Shown: in pieces, positions 48,996 to 59,538 of the stretch
How positions within the stretch are numbered: the first letter of the stretch is position 1
Layout: every line of letters begins with the position of its first letter
Assembly: GCA_946612115.1 (NCBI GenBank)
Contig: CAMOEI010000005.1
Span: forward strand, 23,462-87,461
DNA from: an uncultured Bacillales bacterium
GTDB taxonomy: Bacteria > Bacillota_I > Bacilli_A > RFN20 > CAG-826
Reading direction: 5' to 3'
DNA length: 64,000 nucleotides
Notes under the pieces: model-generated
Told to the model about the DNA's origin: nothing
Databases searched by the model: none
The model's input: only the letters and a program-made list of their open reading frames with translations
Translations under genes and position numbers: made by a program

Positions 48996-51088
48996 AAGCT
49001 TTGTAACTCCTCTTTAACGTTTTTAAATTTTGAAAACAAGATTGGAATAGAAGTCGCTAAAAAGACCACAATAACCACAAAAAGCAATAAAAGGATTGGG
49101 AATATGAACTTAATTCCAAAAAGCGAGATAAAAGGAATCTGTATTAAATTAGATAACTCAATGTTTTTATGAATGATTAGATTGATAATCTTTTCTAGCA
49201 ATATGCTGAAAACAATTGAAAGCACTAACGAAATTAATCCGTTAATAAAAGACTCACCGAGATAAATATCTAAAATGTCTTTATCTCTTGAACCCAGAAA
49301 AGTTAATATCGCACTAGTTTTTCGATCTTCTGAATAACTAACAAAGGACATTATTCCTAAAATTAATACTGACCCGACAAAAGAAATAATTGTAAACAAG
49401 ATTATTCCATATTCCGCAACATCGACAAAGTCTTTTAAGGAATTAGTAAGCAATAAACTTTCAGAAGAAAAAGAAAGCGAATTCCCAAAATCTATATCCT
49501 TTACAAGAGTGTCTCTAAACCTATAGTCTTTTAAAAATAAATTATAGGAATAAGAGGTAATAATAGAGATATCAGGAGAATTAATTACGTAGTCAAACCA
49601 TGAGATATCATAGCCGTTGTAGGTTGATAGATTAAACATAATAGAACTATGAAAATAATCCTCTAACGCTAAGTGGGAGAAATATATTTTCTCGCTAGAA
49701 AGATAATTGAGTTCTTTAACAACTCCAACAATTCTTACCGACTGTTCAAAGTTAAAAATGTCAGTGATATATTCTTCATCCTCAGTCACATAATTATTGG
49801 TAAATTTGCTCTTGATAGTTAGATATTCACCAACCGGTTCTTTACCTATCTTCTTTTTAATCAACTCCTTTGCGAATTGATTGATTACCACTTCTTTTAA
49901 TGAGTCAGCTTTAGGAATATATCCATCTATTATTAATGAGCTATCGACATAATCATTTTTAAAAGAATAAATCGGTTTATAATCTAATTCATTGATTGGT
50001 TGTTCATCGTAACAAATAGTCAAATTTTGATAAAGAATTGTCGAGAAATTAGGACAAATCTCGAATAAATTGGTAATTTTTTTATTATTCCTCAACTCAT
50101 TAATTGTTGGTCTAATTGACTTAGTTAAATTTAGCATCCCTGTGCCAGACACTTTTTCTTCCTTGCTAATCGAGCCACTACCATAATTAAACTGCCTGTA
50201 GCAGGTATTTGAGATAGATTTATCTTTTCCATTTATAAATCCAGACACCAATATAAACATTGAAAAAGAGATCACTAAACAAAAGGAAGTAAACAGATTT
50301 CTTTTAAATCGCTTTTTAAAATTGGATAAAAAGAAATCTTTGGTCCATTTTGAGTTATTTTTAGAAATTGAAGACGGTTCTATATCAATTTCTTTAAGCT
50401 TATGTCGACCATCAATTTTAGTTACTTCACCATTAGATAAATAAATAATTTTATCCGAATATTCTTTAACTAAAAGTAGGTTGTGTGATACCAGGATTAC
50501 TAATCTTTCCTTACTAATACCCTTTAATATATCCATAACTTTTATAGAATTAGATATATCAAGGTGTCCAGTTGGTTCATCGCATAATAAAATCTTAGGT
50601 TTTGAAACGATTGCTCGAGCAATTCCTACTCTTTGCTGTTCACCTCCTGATAGTTCACTAGTTAATTTAGAAAATTGGTCTACTTTAATTCCAACTTTAT
50701 CTAGAGCCTTAATGGCGAGTTCTTCTGCTTTATTCTTTTTTATCCCTTTTATTAATAATGGAAGAGTGACGTTATATAAAACAGTCTTCTCTTGTATCAG
50801 ATTAAAGTTTTGAAAAACAATGCCAATTTCATTTTGATAAAAAGATGGTTTTTCTTTTCTCTTAAATGAAGAATAACTCCTTCCCATATAATAGAGTTCT
50901 CCTTCACTTGGCGAATCTAACATTGCAATTAGATTTAAAAGTGTTGATTTACCGCTTCCACTTTTGCCGACAATCGACACTAATCCATTATTCGGAAAAT
51001 CTAGATTAATGTTCTTTAAAGCGTAGAATTTCTTTTTGTTTTTTGTTTGATAGATTTTTGAGACATTTGAGATTTTTAAGGTATTCAA
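48992..51088 (-). CDS. Fused ABC ATPase + extracytoplasmic domain + FtsX-like permease (MacB-like), paralogue 1; probable TTG start
   Basis: Walker A GKSGSGKSTL, signature LSGGEQQRVGIARAI; SD AAAGGGGGA 8 nt before the TTG; overlaps the downstream paralogue by 4 nt. Confidence 0.65.
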   Translation of the reverse strand: MNTLKISNVSKIYQTKNKKKFYALKNINLDFPNNGLVSIVGKSGSGKSTLLNLIAMLDSPSEGELYYMGRSYSSFKRKEKPSFYQNEIGIVFQNFNLIQEKTVLYNVTLPLLIKGIKKNKAEELAIKALDKVGIKVDQFSKLTSELSGGEQQRVGIARAIVSKPKILLCDEPTGHLDISNSIKVMDILKGISKERLVILVSHNLLLVKEYSDKIIYLSNGEVTKIDGRHKLKEIDIEPSSISKNNSKWTKDFFLSNFKKRFKRNLFTSFCLVISFSMFILVSGFINGKDKSISNTCYRQFNYGSGSISKEEKVSGTGMLNLTKSIRPTINELRNNKKITNLFEICPNFSTILYQNLTICYDEQPINELDYKPIYSFKNDYVDSSLIIDGYIPKADSLKEVVINQFAKELIKKKIGKEPVGEYLTIKSKFTNNYVTEDEEYITDIFNFEQSVRIVGVVKELNYLSSEKIYFSHLALEDYFHSSIMFNLSTYNGYDISWFDYVINSPDISIITSYSYNLFLKDYRFRDTLVKDIDFGNSLSFSSESLLLTNSLKDFVDVAEYGIILFTIISFVGSVLILGIMSFVSYSEDRKTSAILTFLGSRDKDILDIYLGESFINGLISLVLSIVFSILLEKIINLIIHKNIELSNLIQIPFISLFGIKFIFPILLLLFVVIVVFLATSIPILFSKFKNVKEELQSL

Positions 51089-51093
51089 AATAA

Positions 51094-51123
51094 AATCCCC
51101 CTTTATTATTTAATAGGGAGATT
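51094..51123 (-). terminator. Hairpin ATCTCCCT-attaaataataa-AGGGGGAT after fhs; also contains the SD of the downstream ABC gene
   Basis: Seen in sequence. Confidence 0.55.
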
Positions 51124-51160
51124 TTTCGGAATTTTTAAAAAATTTCTTAAACTTTTTTTA
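51104..51160. repeat. Copy A of a ~55-bp AT-rich repeated intergenic element (core TTTTTCGGAATTTTTAAAAAATTTCTTAAA); contains a GGAATTTTT/AAAAATTTC imperfect palindrome
   Basis: ~90% identical to 59036..59092. Confidence 0.8.
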
Positions 51161-52780
51161 TTTTTCTTGCATTTTGACCGCTGCCGGAACCTTTGGAAGA
51201 CCCGGCATAGTCATAATCGAACCAGTTAAAGCAACCAAGAATCCAGCACCTGCGGATAATCTAACTTCTCTAATGGTAACCGTGAAATCATCTGGGGCAT
51301 TAAGCACTTTAGCGTTATCAGTAAATGATAACGGTGTTTTAGCAATACATACTGGAAGATCTTTATAACCAAGCTTTTCATACTTTTCTAATTGCTCTAA
51401 AGCAACATCAGTATATTCCACCTTTCCTGCTCGATAGATTTCTTTACAAATAGTTTCGATCTTCTCTTGGTAAGATTTCTTCAAATCGTAAAGTGGATGA
51501 TACTTGCTTTCTTTAGTTTCTAAGGTCTTCATGACAAGTTTAGCAAGCTCCACCGCTCCTTTAGCGCCTTTAGAGAAAGCATCACTATAAGCAACCTCAT
51601 AATTATTTTCTTTGCAGAATTCTTCTAACGCTTTAGTTTCGTTAACTGTATCGCTTTCAAAATGATTAATACAAATAACAACAGGGACATCATATTTCTT
51701 AATGTTTTCTAAGTGACGTTTTAAATTAGCGACACCAATTTTTAAAGCCTCAACATTTTCATTTTCAAGCTCTTCAAATTTCACTCCTCCATGGAGTTTG
51801 AGCGCTCTAATGGTGGCGACCATCACAACTGCATCTGGGTGAAGTCCACCAATTCTAGATTTAATATCTAGAAATTTCTCAGCTCCTAAATCAGCACCGA
51901 ATCCTGCCTCAGTAACAACAATTGGAGTGAGTTTTAAGGCTAATTTTGTGGCGATTAATGAATTACAGCCGTGCGCGATATTAGCGAATGGTCCACCATG
52001 AATGATGCAAGGGTTGCCTTCTAAAGTTTGAACAAGGTTAGGATTTAAAGCAACTCTCATCAATTTATAAATCGCATTAGAGATTCTTAAGTCTTTAATA
52101 GTCACTGGTTTATCATCAAATGTATATGCAACAACAATTCTTTCAACTCTATCGATGAAATCGTCTTTATCTTTTGCTAAACACATTACCGCCATCATTT
52201 CACTAGCGACAGTGATAACAAATTCTTCATGATGCGGAATAGCCTTTTTATCATCTAGATTAATCGTAATGCTTCTTAAAGCGCGGTCATTCATATCAAG
52301 GGCTCTTTTCCAAATAATTTTATTTGGATCGATTCCTAATTCATTTCCTTGATAGATGTGATTATCAATAACTGCGGAAATCAAATTAATCGAACTAGTT
52401 AACGCATGCATATCGCCTGTAAAGTGAAGATTAATTTCTTCACTAGGAATGACTGAAGCTTTTCCTCCACCAGTTGCTCCCCCTTTTAAGCCAAATACTG
52501 GCCCTAAAGATGGCTCTCTAAGGCAAAGAAGGGAGTTAACGCCTATTTCATTAAGTCCATCAGTTAAAGCGATAGAACAAGTTGTTTTGCCTTCTCCTGC
52601 TTTAGTAGGAGTAATCGCTGTTACTAACACTAATTTGCCGTCTTTATGAGACTTGACTTCATCCATTAAGGATAAATCAATTTTTCCTTTGTCTAGTCCA
52701 AATGGAATAACGTATTTCTTGTCGATATTAATGCTTTTTGCAATTTCGTAAATGTCTTTCATATTATTGCTCCTTAACAT
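51158..52780 (-). CDS. fhs: Formate--tetrahydrofolate ligase
   Basis: PTKAGEGKTT P-loop; 540 aa. Confidence 0.9.
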   Translation of the reverse strand: MLRSNNMKDIYEIAKSINIDKKYVIPFGLDKGKIDLSLMDEVKSHKDGKLVLVTAITPTKAGEGKTTCSIALTDGLNEIGVNSLLCLREPSLGPVFGLKGGATGGGKASVIPSEEINLHFTGDMHALTSSINLISAVIDNHIYQGNELGIDPNKIIWKRALDMNDRALRSITINLDDKKAIPHHEEFVITVASEMMAVMCLAKDKDDFIDRVERIVVAYTFDDKPVTIKDLRISNAIYKLMRVALNPNLVQTLEGNPCIIHGGPFANIAHGCNSLIATKLALKLTPIVVTEAGFGADLGAEKFLDIKSRIGGLHPDAVVMVATIRALKLHGGVKFEELENENVEALKIGVANLKRHLENIKKYDVPVVICINHFESDTVNETKALEEFCKENNYEVAYSDAFSKGAKGAVELAKLVMKTLETKESKYHPLYDLKKSYQEKIETICKEIYRAGKVEYTDVALEQLEKYEKLGYKDLPVCIAKTPLSFTDNAKVLNAPDDFTVTIREVRLSAGAGFLVALTGSIMTMPGLPKVPAAVKMQEK

Positions 52781-53639
52781 AGTTAATTAATTGTTCCACG
52801 GTTTCAAATTTCATTGATTCAAACTGATGAGAGAAGAATGTCACTTGTCTTTTCGCATAGTTTCTAGTTCTTTGTTTTATCAAAGATACACATGAATCAT
52901 AATCTATTTTATTTTCTAACATTTCAATGACTTCTTTATATCCAATGCCTTGTCTAGCGGTCAGTGATAATTCGTTACTTTCATATAGAGATTTAACTTC
53001 TTCCACCAAACCTTGATTCATCATCTCTTCTACTCTTAGATTGATTTTTTCATATAGAAGTTTTCTATCCGGACATAAATAGAGAAATTTTACATCTGGA
53101 TAAATTAGTTTATGCTCTTGTTTATTTAATAGTTCAGTTTTACTAACTCCACTATTTTCAATCATTGAGATTGCTCTAATTAATCTTTTACGGTTATTTT
53201 GATGAATCTTTTTCGATTCTTCATAATCTAATTTTTCTAGTCTTTTGTGAAGTTCTTCATTAGAGTACTTCTCTAAATAGCTGACATCTATTTCATTTTC
53301 TTCATTAAATGAATAGTCGAATAATGTCGCTCTAAGATATAATCCAGTACCTCCAACCATCACTATATCTTTATTTACCTTAAGTAAACTATCCAATTCT
53401 TTTCGACATACCTCTTGAAAATCTTTAACTGAATAAGATACTTTTGGAGAAACAAAATCTAATAAATGATATCTATTATAGTGAGGGTCACTTTTATCTA
53501 ACTTAGAAGTCCCGATATCCATCTTTTGATAGATTTGAAAAGCATCAAAATTAATCGCCGGGCAATCAAGTAAATCAATTAAAGCATTAGCCGCTTTTGT
53601 TTTTCCGCTAGCGGTTGGACCCATTACTACATAAATCAT
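52764..53639 (-). CDS. miaA: tRNA dimethylallyltransferase
   Basis: MGPTASGKT P-loop at the N-terminus. Start taken at MIYVVMGPTASGKT downstream of the ymcA terminator; the ORF-track extension crosses that terminator. Confidence 0.8.
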   Translation of the reverse strand: MIYVVMGPTASGKTKAANALIDLLDCPAINFDAFQIYQKMDIGTSKLDKSDPHYNRYHLLDFVSPKVSYSVKDFQEVCRKELDSLLKVNKDIVMVGGTGLYLRATLFDYSFNEENEIDVSYLEKYSNEELHKRLEKLDYEESKKIHQNNRKRLIRAISMIENSGVSKTELLNKQEHKLIYPDVKFLYLCPDRKLLYEKINLRVEEMMNQGLVEEVKSLYESNELSLTARQGIGYKEVIEMLENKIDYDSCVSLIKQRTRNYAKRQVTFFSHQFESMKFETVEQLINYVKEQ

Positions 53640-53647
53640 GAGATTAT

Positions 53648-53682
53648 TATAAACAAAAAGAAGTGAAAATTTTATCACTTCT
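53648..53682 (-). terminator. Palindromic terminator GAAGTGATAAAATTTTCACTTC after ymcA
   Basis: Seen in sequence. Confidence 0.7.
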
Positions 53683-53690
53683 TCTATTAT

Positions 53691-53975
53691 TTAATCTCGC
53701 TTATTAATTATTTGACTGATCGAAGATAAATATTCGCTTACTTCTAATTCCAATTCTCTTAAATTCACAATGAGTGGATGAGAGTTATATTTATTTAGTA
53801 ATTGATTGTGCTTATCTTTATCTTCGCTTTTAGAAATTCGACAAATTTCATTATGTAATTCTTGTAATTCTTCATTAGAAGACACTAATTCACTAACTCT
53901 TTTATATTCGATAAATAGAGGCAATTCATCAAGTTCTTTTTTAAGTTCTTTAGTTAACTCTATAACATCACTCAT
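53691..53975 (-). CDS. ymcA: YmcA/YlbF-family protein (RicA-like)
   Basis: 94-aa helical protein; position immediately downstream of miaB as in B. subtilis ymcB-ymcA. Confidence 0.55.
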   Translation of the reverse strand: MSDVIELTKELKKELDELPLFIEYKRVSELVSSNEELQELHNEICRISKSEDKDKHNQLLNKYNSHPLIVNLRELELEVSEYLSSISQIINKRD

Positions 53976-55407
53976 TTACTAGCTCTCCAAGTAAAGAATA
54001 GGTGTGACTTTCATTAATTTTCACTTTAACGATTTTGCCCACTAGTGAGCTATCGCCTTTAAAATGAACGAGTTTATTACTCTCGGTGTATCCAGAAAGC
54101 ATGTTTTTATCAGTTTTACTCTCTCCATCCACCAAGACTTTATAAACTCCACCAACATAAGTTAAAGCGTCTTTTTCAATATTAACTTCTAAATGCTTAA
54201 CGAGTTCTTTAAATCTTCTACTCTTATCAGCATAACTGACATTATCAGGAATCTTCGCAGCAGGAGTTCCTCTTCTAGGAGAATAAATAAATGTAAAGGC
54301 CGATTCATATTTAACGATATCCACTAATGAAAGAGTGTCGTTAAATTGCTCTTCGGTTTCGTTTGGGAATCCAACAATGATATCTGTTGATAAAGATAAT
54401 CCAGGGATTTTCTCTCTCATTTCCTTAACTAAAGAAAGATATTTTTCTCGATTGTATCTTCTTCCCATAAGTCTCAAAACTTCATCACTTCCAGATTGAA
54501 CTGGAAGATGGATACATTTCATGATGTTATCGTATTTAGCGATTACTTCAATCATCTTACTTGAGAAATCCCATGGGTGTGAGGTTGTAAATCTAATTCT
54601 TGGAATGCCCATTTTCGCTGCTTCTTCTAGTACATCAGCGAAATCATGACCTTCATCTAGGTCTTTTCCATAAGCATTAACGTTTTGTCCTAAGAAAGTA
54701 ATCTCTTGGTAGTTTTGTTTTTTAAGTTCTCTAACTTCATCCATGATGTCGTTAAATTTGCGGCTTCTTTCTTTTCCTCTAGTGTAAGGAACAATGCAAT
54801 AAGTACAGAACTTATCACATCCATAAATGATATTTACATAAGCTTTGTAATTGTTGTTTCTACTAACTGAGTTATTTTCAATAACTTCGCCTTTTTTAGA
54901 CTCAATAGAGATTAATCTAAAGTCATTATTGATAACTTCATAAACTAAATCAATGAGTTGGTCAATTTCGTGGGTACCGAAATATAAATTAACTTCAGGG
55001 AATCTTTTTTGAAGAATCTCTAATATTTCAGGTTGCTCCACCATACAGCCACAGATTGCCAAAACAAGATTTTTATTTTGCTTTCTTAATCTTTTAAGGT
55101 TACCGATTTCTCCATAAACCTTATCTTCAGCGTTTTCTCTAACTGCACATGTATTGATGATAATTACGCTTGCTTCATCAGGAATATCACTTTGAACATA
55201 TCCAACTGATTCAAGCATTCCTCTCATCGTCTCTTCATCTCTCACATTAGCCTGACATCCATAGGTATGAATATAGTATTTCTTACCTTTAGCGATTTTT
55301 AACATTTGATCAAAATGAGCGATTTTTGCATGAGAAAAAGTAGTTTTTGAGGCACTTCTGTCTCTTGCTTTGATTAAATCAGGATAATTCACTACTTTTG
55401 TTTTCAT
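53968..55407 (-). CDS. miaB: tRNA-i6A37 methylthiotransferase
   Basis: YIHTYGCQANVRDEE (MTTase N-terminal Cys triad), radical-SAM CDKFCTYC, TRAM C-terminus. Confidence 0.85.
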   Translation of the reverse strand: MKTKVVNYPDLIKARDRSASKTTFSHAKIAHFDQMLKIAKGKKYYIHTYGCQANVRDEETMRGMLESVGYVQSDIPDEASVIIINTCAVRENAEDKVYGEIGNLKRLRKQNKNLVLAICGCMVEQPEILEILQKRFPEVNLYFGTHEIDQLIDLVYEVINNDFRLISIESKKGEVIENNSVSRNNNYKAYVNIIYGCDKFCTYCIVPYTRGKERSRKFNDIMDEVRELKKQNYQEITFLGQNVNAYGKDLDEGHDFADVLEEAAKMGIPRIRFTTSHPWDFSSKMIEVIAKYDNIMKCIHLPVQSGSDEVLRLMGRRYNREKYLSLVKEMREKIPGLSLSTDIIVGFPNETEEQFNDTLSLVDIVKYESAFTFIYSPRRGTPAAKIPDNVSYADKSRRFKELVKHLEVNIEKDALTYVGGVYKVLVDGESKTDKNMLSGYTESNKLVHFKGDSSLVGKIVKVKINESHTYSLLGELVNE

Positions 55408-56195
55408 TGTTCTTCTTGATAATAAATTGGGAATATTTCTTTAGCCTTTCCAGTATAGTCATCAACATCGATAACTACCGCGGAAAATAAGCCTCTACCT
55501 TCATTAGGTAAATCAAATCTACTTTGTTCTCCATAGATGATTTTATTCATCACAGTGTTTTTATCAAAGCCAAGCGCTCCATCGGCAAATCCGGTCATTC
55601 CTACATCGCTAATAAAGGCTGTTCCGCCTTCTAAAATTTTTGCGTCTTTAGTTTGAACGTGGGTATGAGTGCCTAATACCGCACTGACTTTGCCATCAAA
55701 GGCATAAGCAAAGCAGATTTTTTCTCCTGTTGCTTCCGCGTGGAAATCAATGATATGAACTACTGCCTCTTCTTCGTCTTCATCATTAAGTAATTCAGAT
55801 AAAGAGACATAGGGGCTATTAACTTCTTCTTTCATCATCGCGCTTCCTAAAATATTAGTGACGCGAACACTGACTCCATTTACATCAAATACCGCACTTC
55901 CTTCTCCAGGGAATGGATGAAGCAAATTAATCGGTCTAATAAGTCGGTCAGTTTGTTCGATATATCTTCTTAAATCGTTTTTAGAATCATAATGGTTTCC
56001 CAAGGTAACAACATCGACTCCAGACTCGATTAGTTCAAAATAATGGTGTCTTAATAAACCTTTGCCATGTGTGACATTTTCCCCGTTAGCGATAACAAAA
56101 TCGATATGGTACTTATCCACAAAAGTTGGTAAATACTGTTTAACCATCCTTCGCCCAACGCGACCGACGATATCTCCAATAAATAAAATTCTCAA
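55404..56195 (-). CDS. ymdB: YmdB-family metallophosphoesterase (2',3'-cyclic-nucleotide phosphodiesterase)
   Basis: MRILFIGDIVG…GNH, GTHTH motifs; directly downstream of rny as in Bacillus. Confidence 0.8.
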   Translation of the reverse strand: MRILFIGDIVGRVGRRMVKQYLPTFVDKYHIDFVIANGENVTHGKGLLRHHYFELIESGVDVVTLGNHYDSKNDLRRYIEQTDRLIRPINLLHPFPGEGSAVFDVNGVSVRVTNILGSAMMKEEVNSPYVSLSELLNDEDEEEAVVHIIDFHAEATGEKICFAYAFDGKVSAVLGTHTHVQTKDAKILEGGTAFISDVGMTGFADGALGFDKNTVMNKIIYGEQSRFDLPNEGRGLFSAVVIDVDDYTGKAKEIFPIYYQEEQ

Positions 56196-56222
56196 AATAA
56201 CTCTTTTCTATGAAGTAACAAA

Positions 56223-57827
56223 TTACTTCGCAGTTTCAATCGCACGATATTCACGAATGACTGAAACTTTAATTTGACCAGGATAGGTCATTTCATTCTC
56301 GATGCGTTCTCTTATTTCTCTAGCAAGTTTGAATGCGCCAACATCATCAATCTTATCAGGGATGACCATGACACGTAATTCTCTACCAGATTGCATCGCA
56401 TAGCTTTGATAAACTCCATCATAGGATTTACAAATCTCTTCGAGTTTTTCAATTCTTTGAATGTAGTTTTCAAGCATTTCACTTCTCGCTCCAGGACGGG
56501 CAGCACTTAAAGTATCTGCCGCCATAACTAAGTGAGAAATGACAAATTTACATGGAACGTCGCCGTGGTGAGATTCAATAGCGTTGATAACAACTTCGCC
56601 TTCACCATATTTTTTAGCAAGTCTAGCGCCAATTTCAACGTGGCTGCCATCAATTTCAAAATCCGCAGCCTTACCGATATCGTGGAGTAATCCCGCTCTT
56701 TTGGCGAGGTTTTGATCTAAGCCGAGTTCTGCTGCCATTGTTCCTGCTAAATAAGCAACTTCAATAGAGTGCTCTAAAGCGTTTTGTCCATAACTAGTAC
56801 GGTATTTTAATCTACCGACATAGTCGAGGAGTTCTTTATTGATTCTTGGTAAACCAAGTTTAAAGGCGACATCTTGACCAGTCTTATGAATTGTTTCTTC
56901 AACTTCTGATTTACATTTTTCAACGATTTCTTCAATTCTTCCTGGTTGAATACGTCCGTCCTTAATCAAGGCTTCAAGAGACATTCTAGCGATTTCTCTT
57001 CTAATTGGGTTAAAACAACTAACAGTGATAACTTCAGGAGTGTCATCGATAATTAAATCAACACCTAAAAGTGTTTCTAAGGTACGAATGTTACGACCTT
57101 CTCTACCGATGATTCTTCCTTTCATCTCATCGTTAGGTAATGCAACAACAGAAACTGTTTTTTCAATTGTTGTTTCTTGAGCGTATTTAGCCATCGCCAT
57201 CGCTAACATTTCTTGAGATTTAGAAGCAACTTGTTCTTTAGCTTCTTCTTCTTTGTTTTTGATGTAACTAGCGATTTCTCTACTAACTTTAGATTCTACT
57301 CTCTTGAAGAGCTCATCTTTAGCTTCTTGAGTGCTCATTTGAGCGACTTTCTCTAACTCAGAAATAATAGAGTCAATTTTTTGTTGAAGAGCTTGTTCTT
57401 TCTTATCGACATCTTTAAGTCTTCTAGTTAAAGTTTCATTTTTTTCGTCGAGGGCATTTTCTTTTTGAATTAACGCAGCATCACGACGATCGATGCTTTG
57501 TTCTCTTTGAGATAATCTGTTTTCTTGAGCGGAGATTTCAACTTTTCTCTCTTTGATTTCTTTGTCCGCTTCAAGCTTCATTTCATTGATTGTTTGTTTA
57601 CCATCTAACTGAGCGTTTTTAACGATATGTTCTGCTTTGATTTCAGCTTCTCTAACAATCTTATTGGCCTTGTTTTGATCTCTTTGCTTTTTGAAAAACG
57701 GAATAAAATAAACCGCTAAAGCGCCGATAGCAAGTCCAGCAACTGCTAAAATAATAGGTAAACCAACTTCAGTAAAACCATTTAATACTACTGACATCTT
57801 GATTGTCCTTTCTAAAATTATAGTCAA
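56223..57827 (-). CDS. rny: Ribonuclease Y
   Basis: N-terminal TM + coiled coil, KH domain ([12 protein letters not shown]), HD domain (HDIGK). Confidence 0.9.
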   Translation of the reverse strand: MTIILERTIKMSVVLNGFTEVGLPIILAVAGLAIGALAVYFIPFFKKQRDQNKANKIVREAEIKAEHIVKNAQLDGKQTINEMKLEADKEIKERKVEISAQENRLSQREQSIDRRDAALIQKENALDEKNETLTRRLKDVDKKEQALQQKIDSIISELEKVAQMSTQEAKDELFKRVESKVSREIASYIKNKEEEAKEQVASKSQEMLAMAMAKYAQETTIEKTVSVVALPNDEMKGRIIGREGRNIRTLETLLGVDLIIDDTPEVITVSCFNPIRREIARMSLEALIKDGRIQPGRIEEIVEKCKSEVEETIHKTGQDVAFKLGLPRINKELLDYVGRLKYRTSYGQNALEHSIEVAYLAGTMAAELGLDQNLAKRAGLLHDIGKAADFEIDGSHVEIGARLAKKYGEGEVVINAIESHHGDVPCKFVISHLVMAADTLSAARPGARSEMLENYIQRIEKLEEICKSYDGVYQSYAMQSGRELRVMVIPDKIDDVGAFKLAREIRERIENEMTYPGQIKVSVIREYRAIETAK

Positions 57828-58004
57828 AAGACTATTTACCTAAAAATCATCTTAAAATTATTAATATAAGTGATCTAGTATATGTAACAGGCAATGCCTG
57901 ATAAATCAATTTCTCTATTGAGAATCTATAGGTAAGTACCTTCCGAGGGTACGAGTTAATTATATTGAATTTGATTTCTATATAAAAGAAATTTATATAT
58001 TTTT

Positions 58005-58032
58005 GAAGAAAAAAACTGGAGACAACTCTCCA
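58005..58032 (-). terminator. Terminator CTGGAGA-caac-TCTCCAG + T7 after recA
   Basis: Seen in sequence. Confidence 0.8.
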
Positions 58033-58040
58033 GTAATTTC

Positions 58041-59024
58041 TTAAGCCTTAAGCGCTTCTAGTAATTCTTCTTTTACATCTTCGTTAGAATGAATATATTC
58101 TTTAGCAGCTTCTCTACCTTGAGCGATTTTGCTGCCGTTATATTCAAACCATGCACCACTCTTTTTAATAATGCCTTTTTCAACAGCACGGTCAAGGATT
58201 TCACTTTCCTTAGAAATACCTTGTCCATAGATGATGTCGATTTCGCATTGTTTAAATGGTGGGGAAACTTTGTTCTTGACAACCTTAATTCTACAAGTGT
58301 TTCCAGTAACTTCACTACCAGTCTTAATGGCTTCTGTTCTTCTAATGTCTAATCTAATAGAAGCATAGAATTTTAACGCTCTTCCTCCTGAAGTGGTTTC
58401 AGGATTACCATACATCACACCAACTTTTTCTCTTAATTGGTTAATAAAGATAATTGTGCAGTCGTGCTTATTTAATGTACCAGCGAGTTTTCTCATCGCT
58501 TTGGACATTAATCTAGCTTGTAAACCGACTGAGCTATCACCCATTTCACCATCAAGTTCAGCTTGTGGAACTAAAGCAGCAACGCTATCAACGATGAGAA
58601 GATCAATTCCTCCGCTAGAAGCAAGCATCTCGGTAATTTCAAGAGCCTGTTCTCCACTATCAGGTTGAGAAAGAATTAATTCATCGATATTAACTCCAAG
58701 TTTTTTCGCGTACTCAGGATCAATCGCGTGCTCCGCATCAATAAATGCTGCTGTACCACCAAGTTTTTGACATTCAGCAATCGCGTGAAGAGCTAATGTG
58801 GTTTTACCACTACTTTCAGGGCCAAATATTTCAATAATACGCCCTCTAGGATAACCGCCAACTCCAAGGGCCTCGTCTAAAAGGAGGGATCCAGTTGGAA
58901 TAACGTCGACATCGACATTTGGGCGTTCGCCAAGCTTCATGACGGCGCCTTTTCCATATGTCTTTTGGATTTGTTTTAGAACTTCGTCGAGTTCTTGTTC
59001 ATTGAGTTTTTTGTTTTTTTCCAT
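58041..59024 (-). CDS. recA: Recombinase A
   Basis: GPESSGKTT Walker A, FIDAEHA, L1/L2 loops; 327 aa. Confidence 0.95.
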   Translation of the reverse strand: MEKNKKLNEQELDEVLKQIQKTYGKGAVMKLGERPNVDVDVIPTGSLLLDEALGVGGYPRGRIIEIFGPESSGKTTLALHAIAECQKLGGTAAFIDAEHAIDPEYAKKLGVNIDELILSQPDSGEQALEITEMLASSGGIDLLIVDSVAALVPQAELDGEMGDSSVGLQARLMSKAMRKLAGTLNKHDCTIIFINQLREKVGVMYGNPETTSGGRALKFYASIRLDIRRTEAIKTGSEVTGNTCRIKVVKNKVSPPFKQCEIDIIYGQGISKESEILDRAVEKGIIKKSGAWFEYNGSKIAQGREAAKEYIHSNEDVKEELLEALKA

Positions 59025-59035
59025 AATTGTGTCCT

Positions 59036-59092
59036 CATTTATTAATAGGGCGTTTTTTCGGAATTTTTAAAAAATTTCTTAAATTATTTTTT
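59036..59092. repeat. Copy B of the ~55-bp AT-rich repeated element, between cinA and recA, ending ~25 nt upstream of the recA ATG
   Basis: Aligned by eye with 51104..51160; core TTTTTCGGAATTTTTAAAAAATTTCTTAAA identical. Confidence 0.8.
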
Positions 59093-59537
59093 CTAAAATT
59101 TCGTAAGCAATATTTATTGCTTGTTTTTGTATCTCTTCTCGAGTTCCTTCTAAGTGATAAGCAAACACTTGGGCTTTATCTTCATAAGCCACTCCGATAT
59201 AAACTTCACCAACTGGTTTACCTTCCATTGCACTAGGTCCAGCATTGCCAGTGAAGGAAACACAGTAATCAACATTTAATAAAGACTTTCCGTGTCCTGC
59301 CATTTGACCAGCAATCTCTTGAGAGACTACTCCATAGGCATCAATATCACTATAAGGAATTCCTAAGATTCTTTGTTTTTCTTCTGTTGCGTATGTTACA
59401 AGTGCACCTTTAAAGAAATGTGACGCTCCACTGACGGAGGTAATTTCACTAGCAAAAAGTCCACCAGTAAAAGATTCAACAGAACCTAATGTTCTTCCTT
59501 TTTCACGAAATAGCTTATTAATTTCTTCTTTTGTCAT
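59079..59537 (-). CDS. cinA: CinA C-terminal-domain protein (PncC-like NMN deamidase), no N-terminal MoCF domain
   Basis: GSVESFTGGLFAS…GALVTYA motif. Start MTKEE 1 nt after the pgsA stop; the ORF-track extension overlaps pgsA. Confidence 0.8.
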   Translation of the reverse strand: MTKEEINKLFREKGRTLGSVESFTGGLFASEITSVSGASHFFKGALVTYATEEKQRILGIPYSDIDAYGVVSQEIAGQMAGHGKSLLNVDYCVSFTGNAGPSAMEGKPVGEVYIGVAYEDKAQVFAYHLEGTREEIQKQAINIAYEILEKII

Positions 59538-59538
59538 A

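Noticed and set aside
59025-59078. LexA/Cheo box (GAAC-N4-GTTC) upstream of recA
   Set aside because: No GAAC…GTTC motif was found in the recA upstream region; only the AT-rich repeated element is present.
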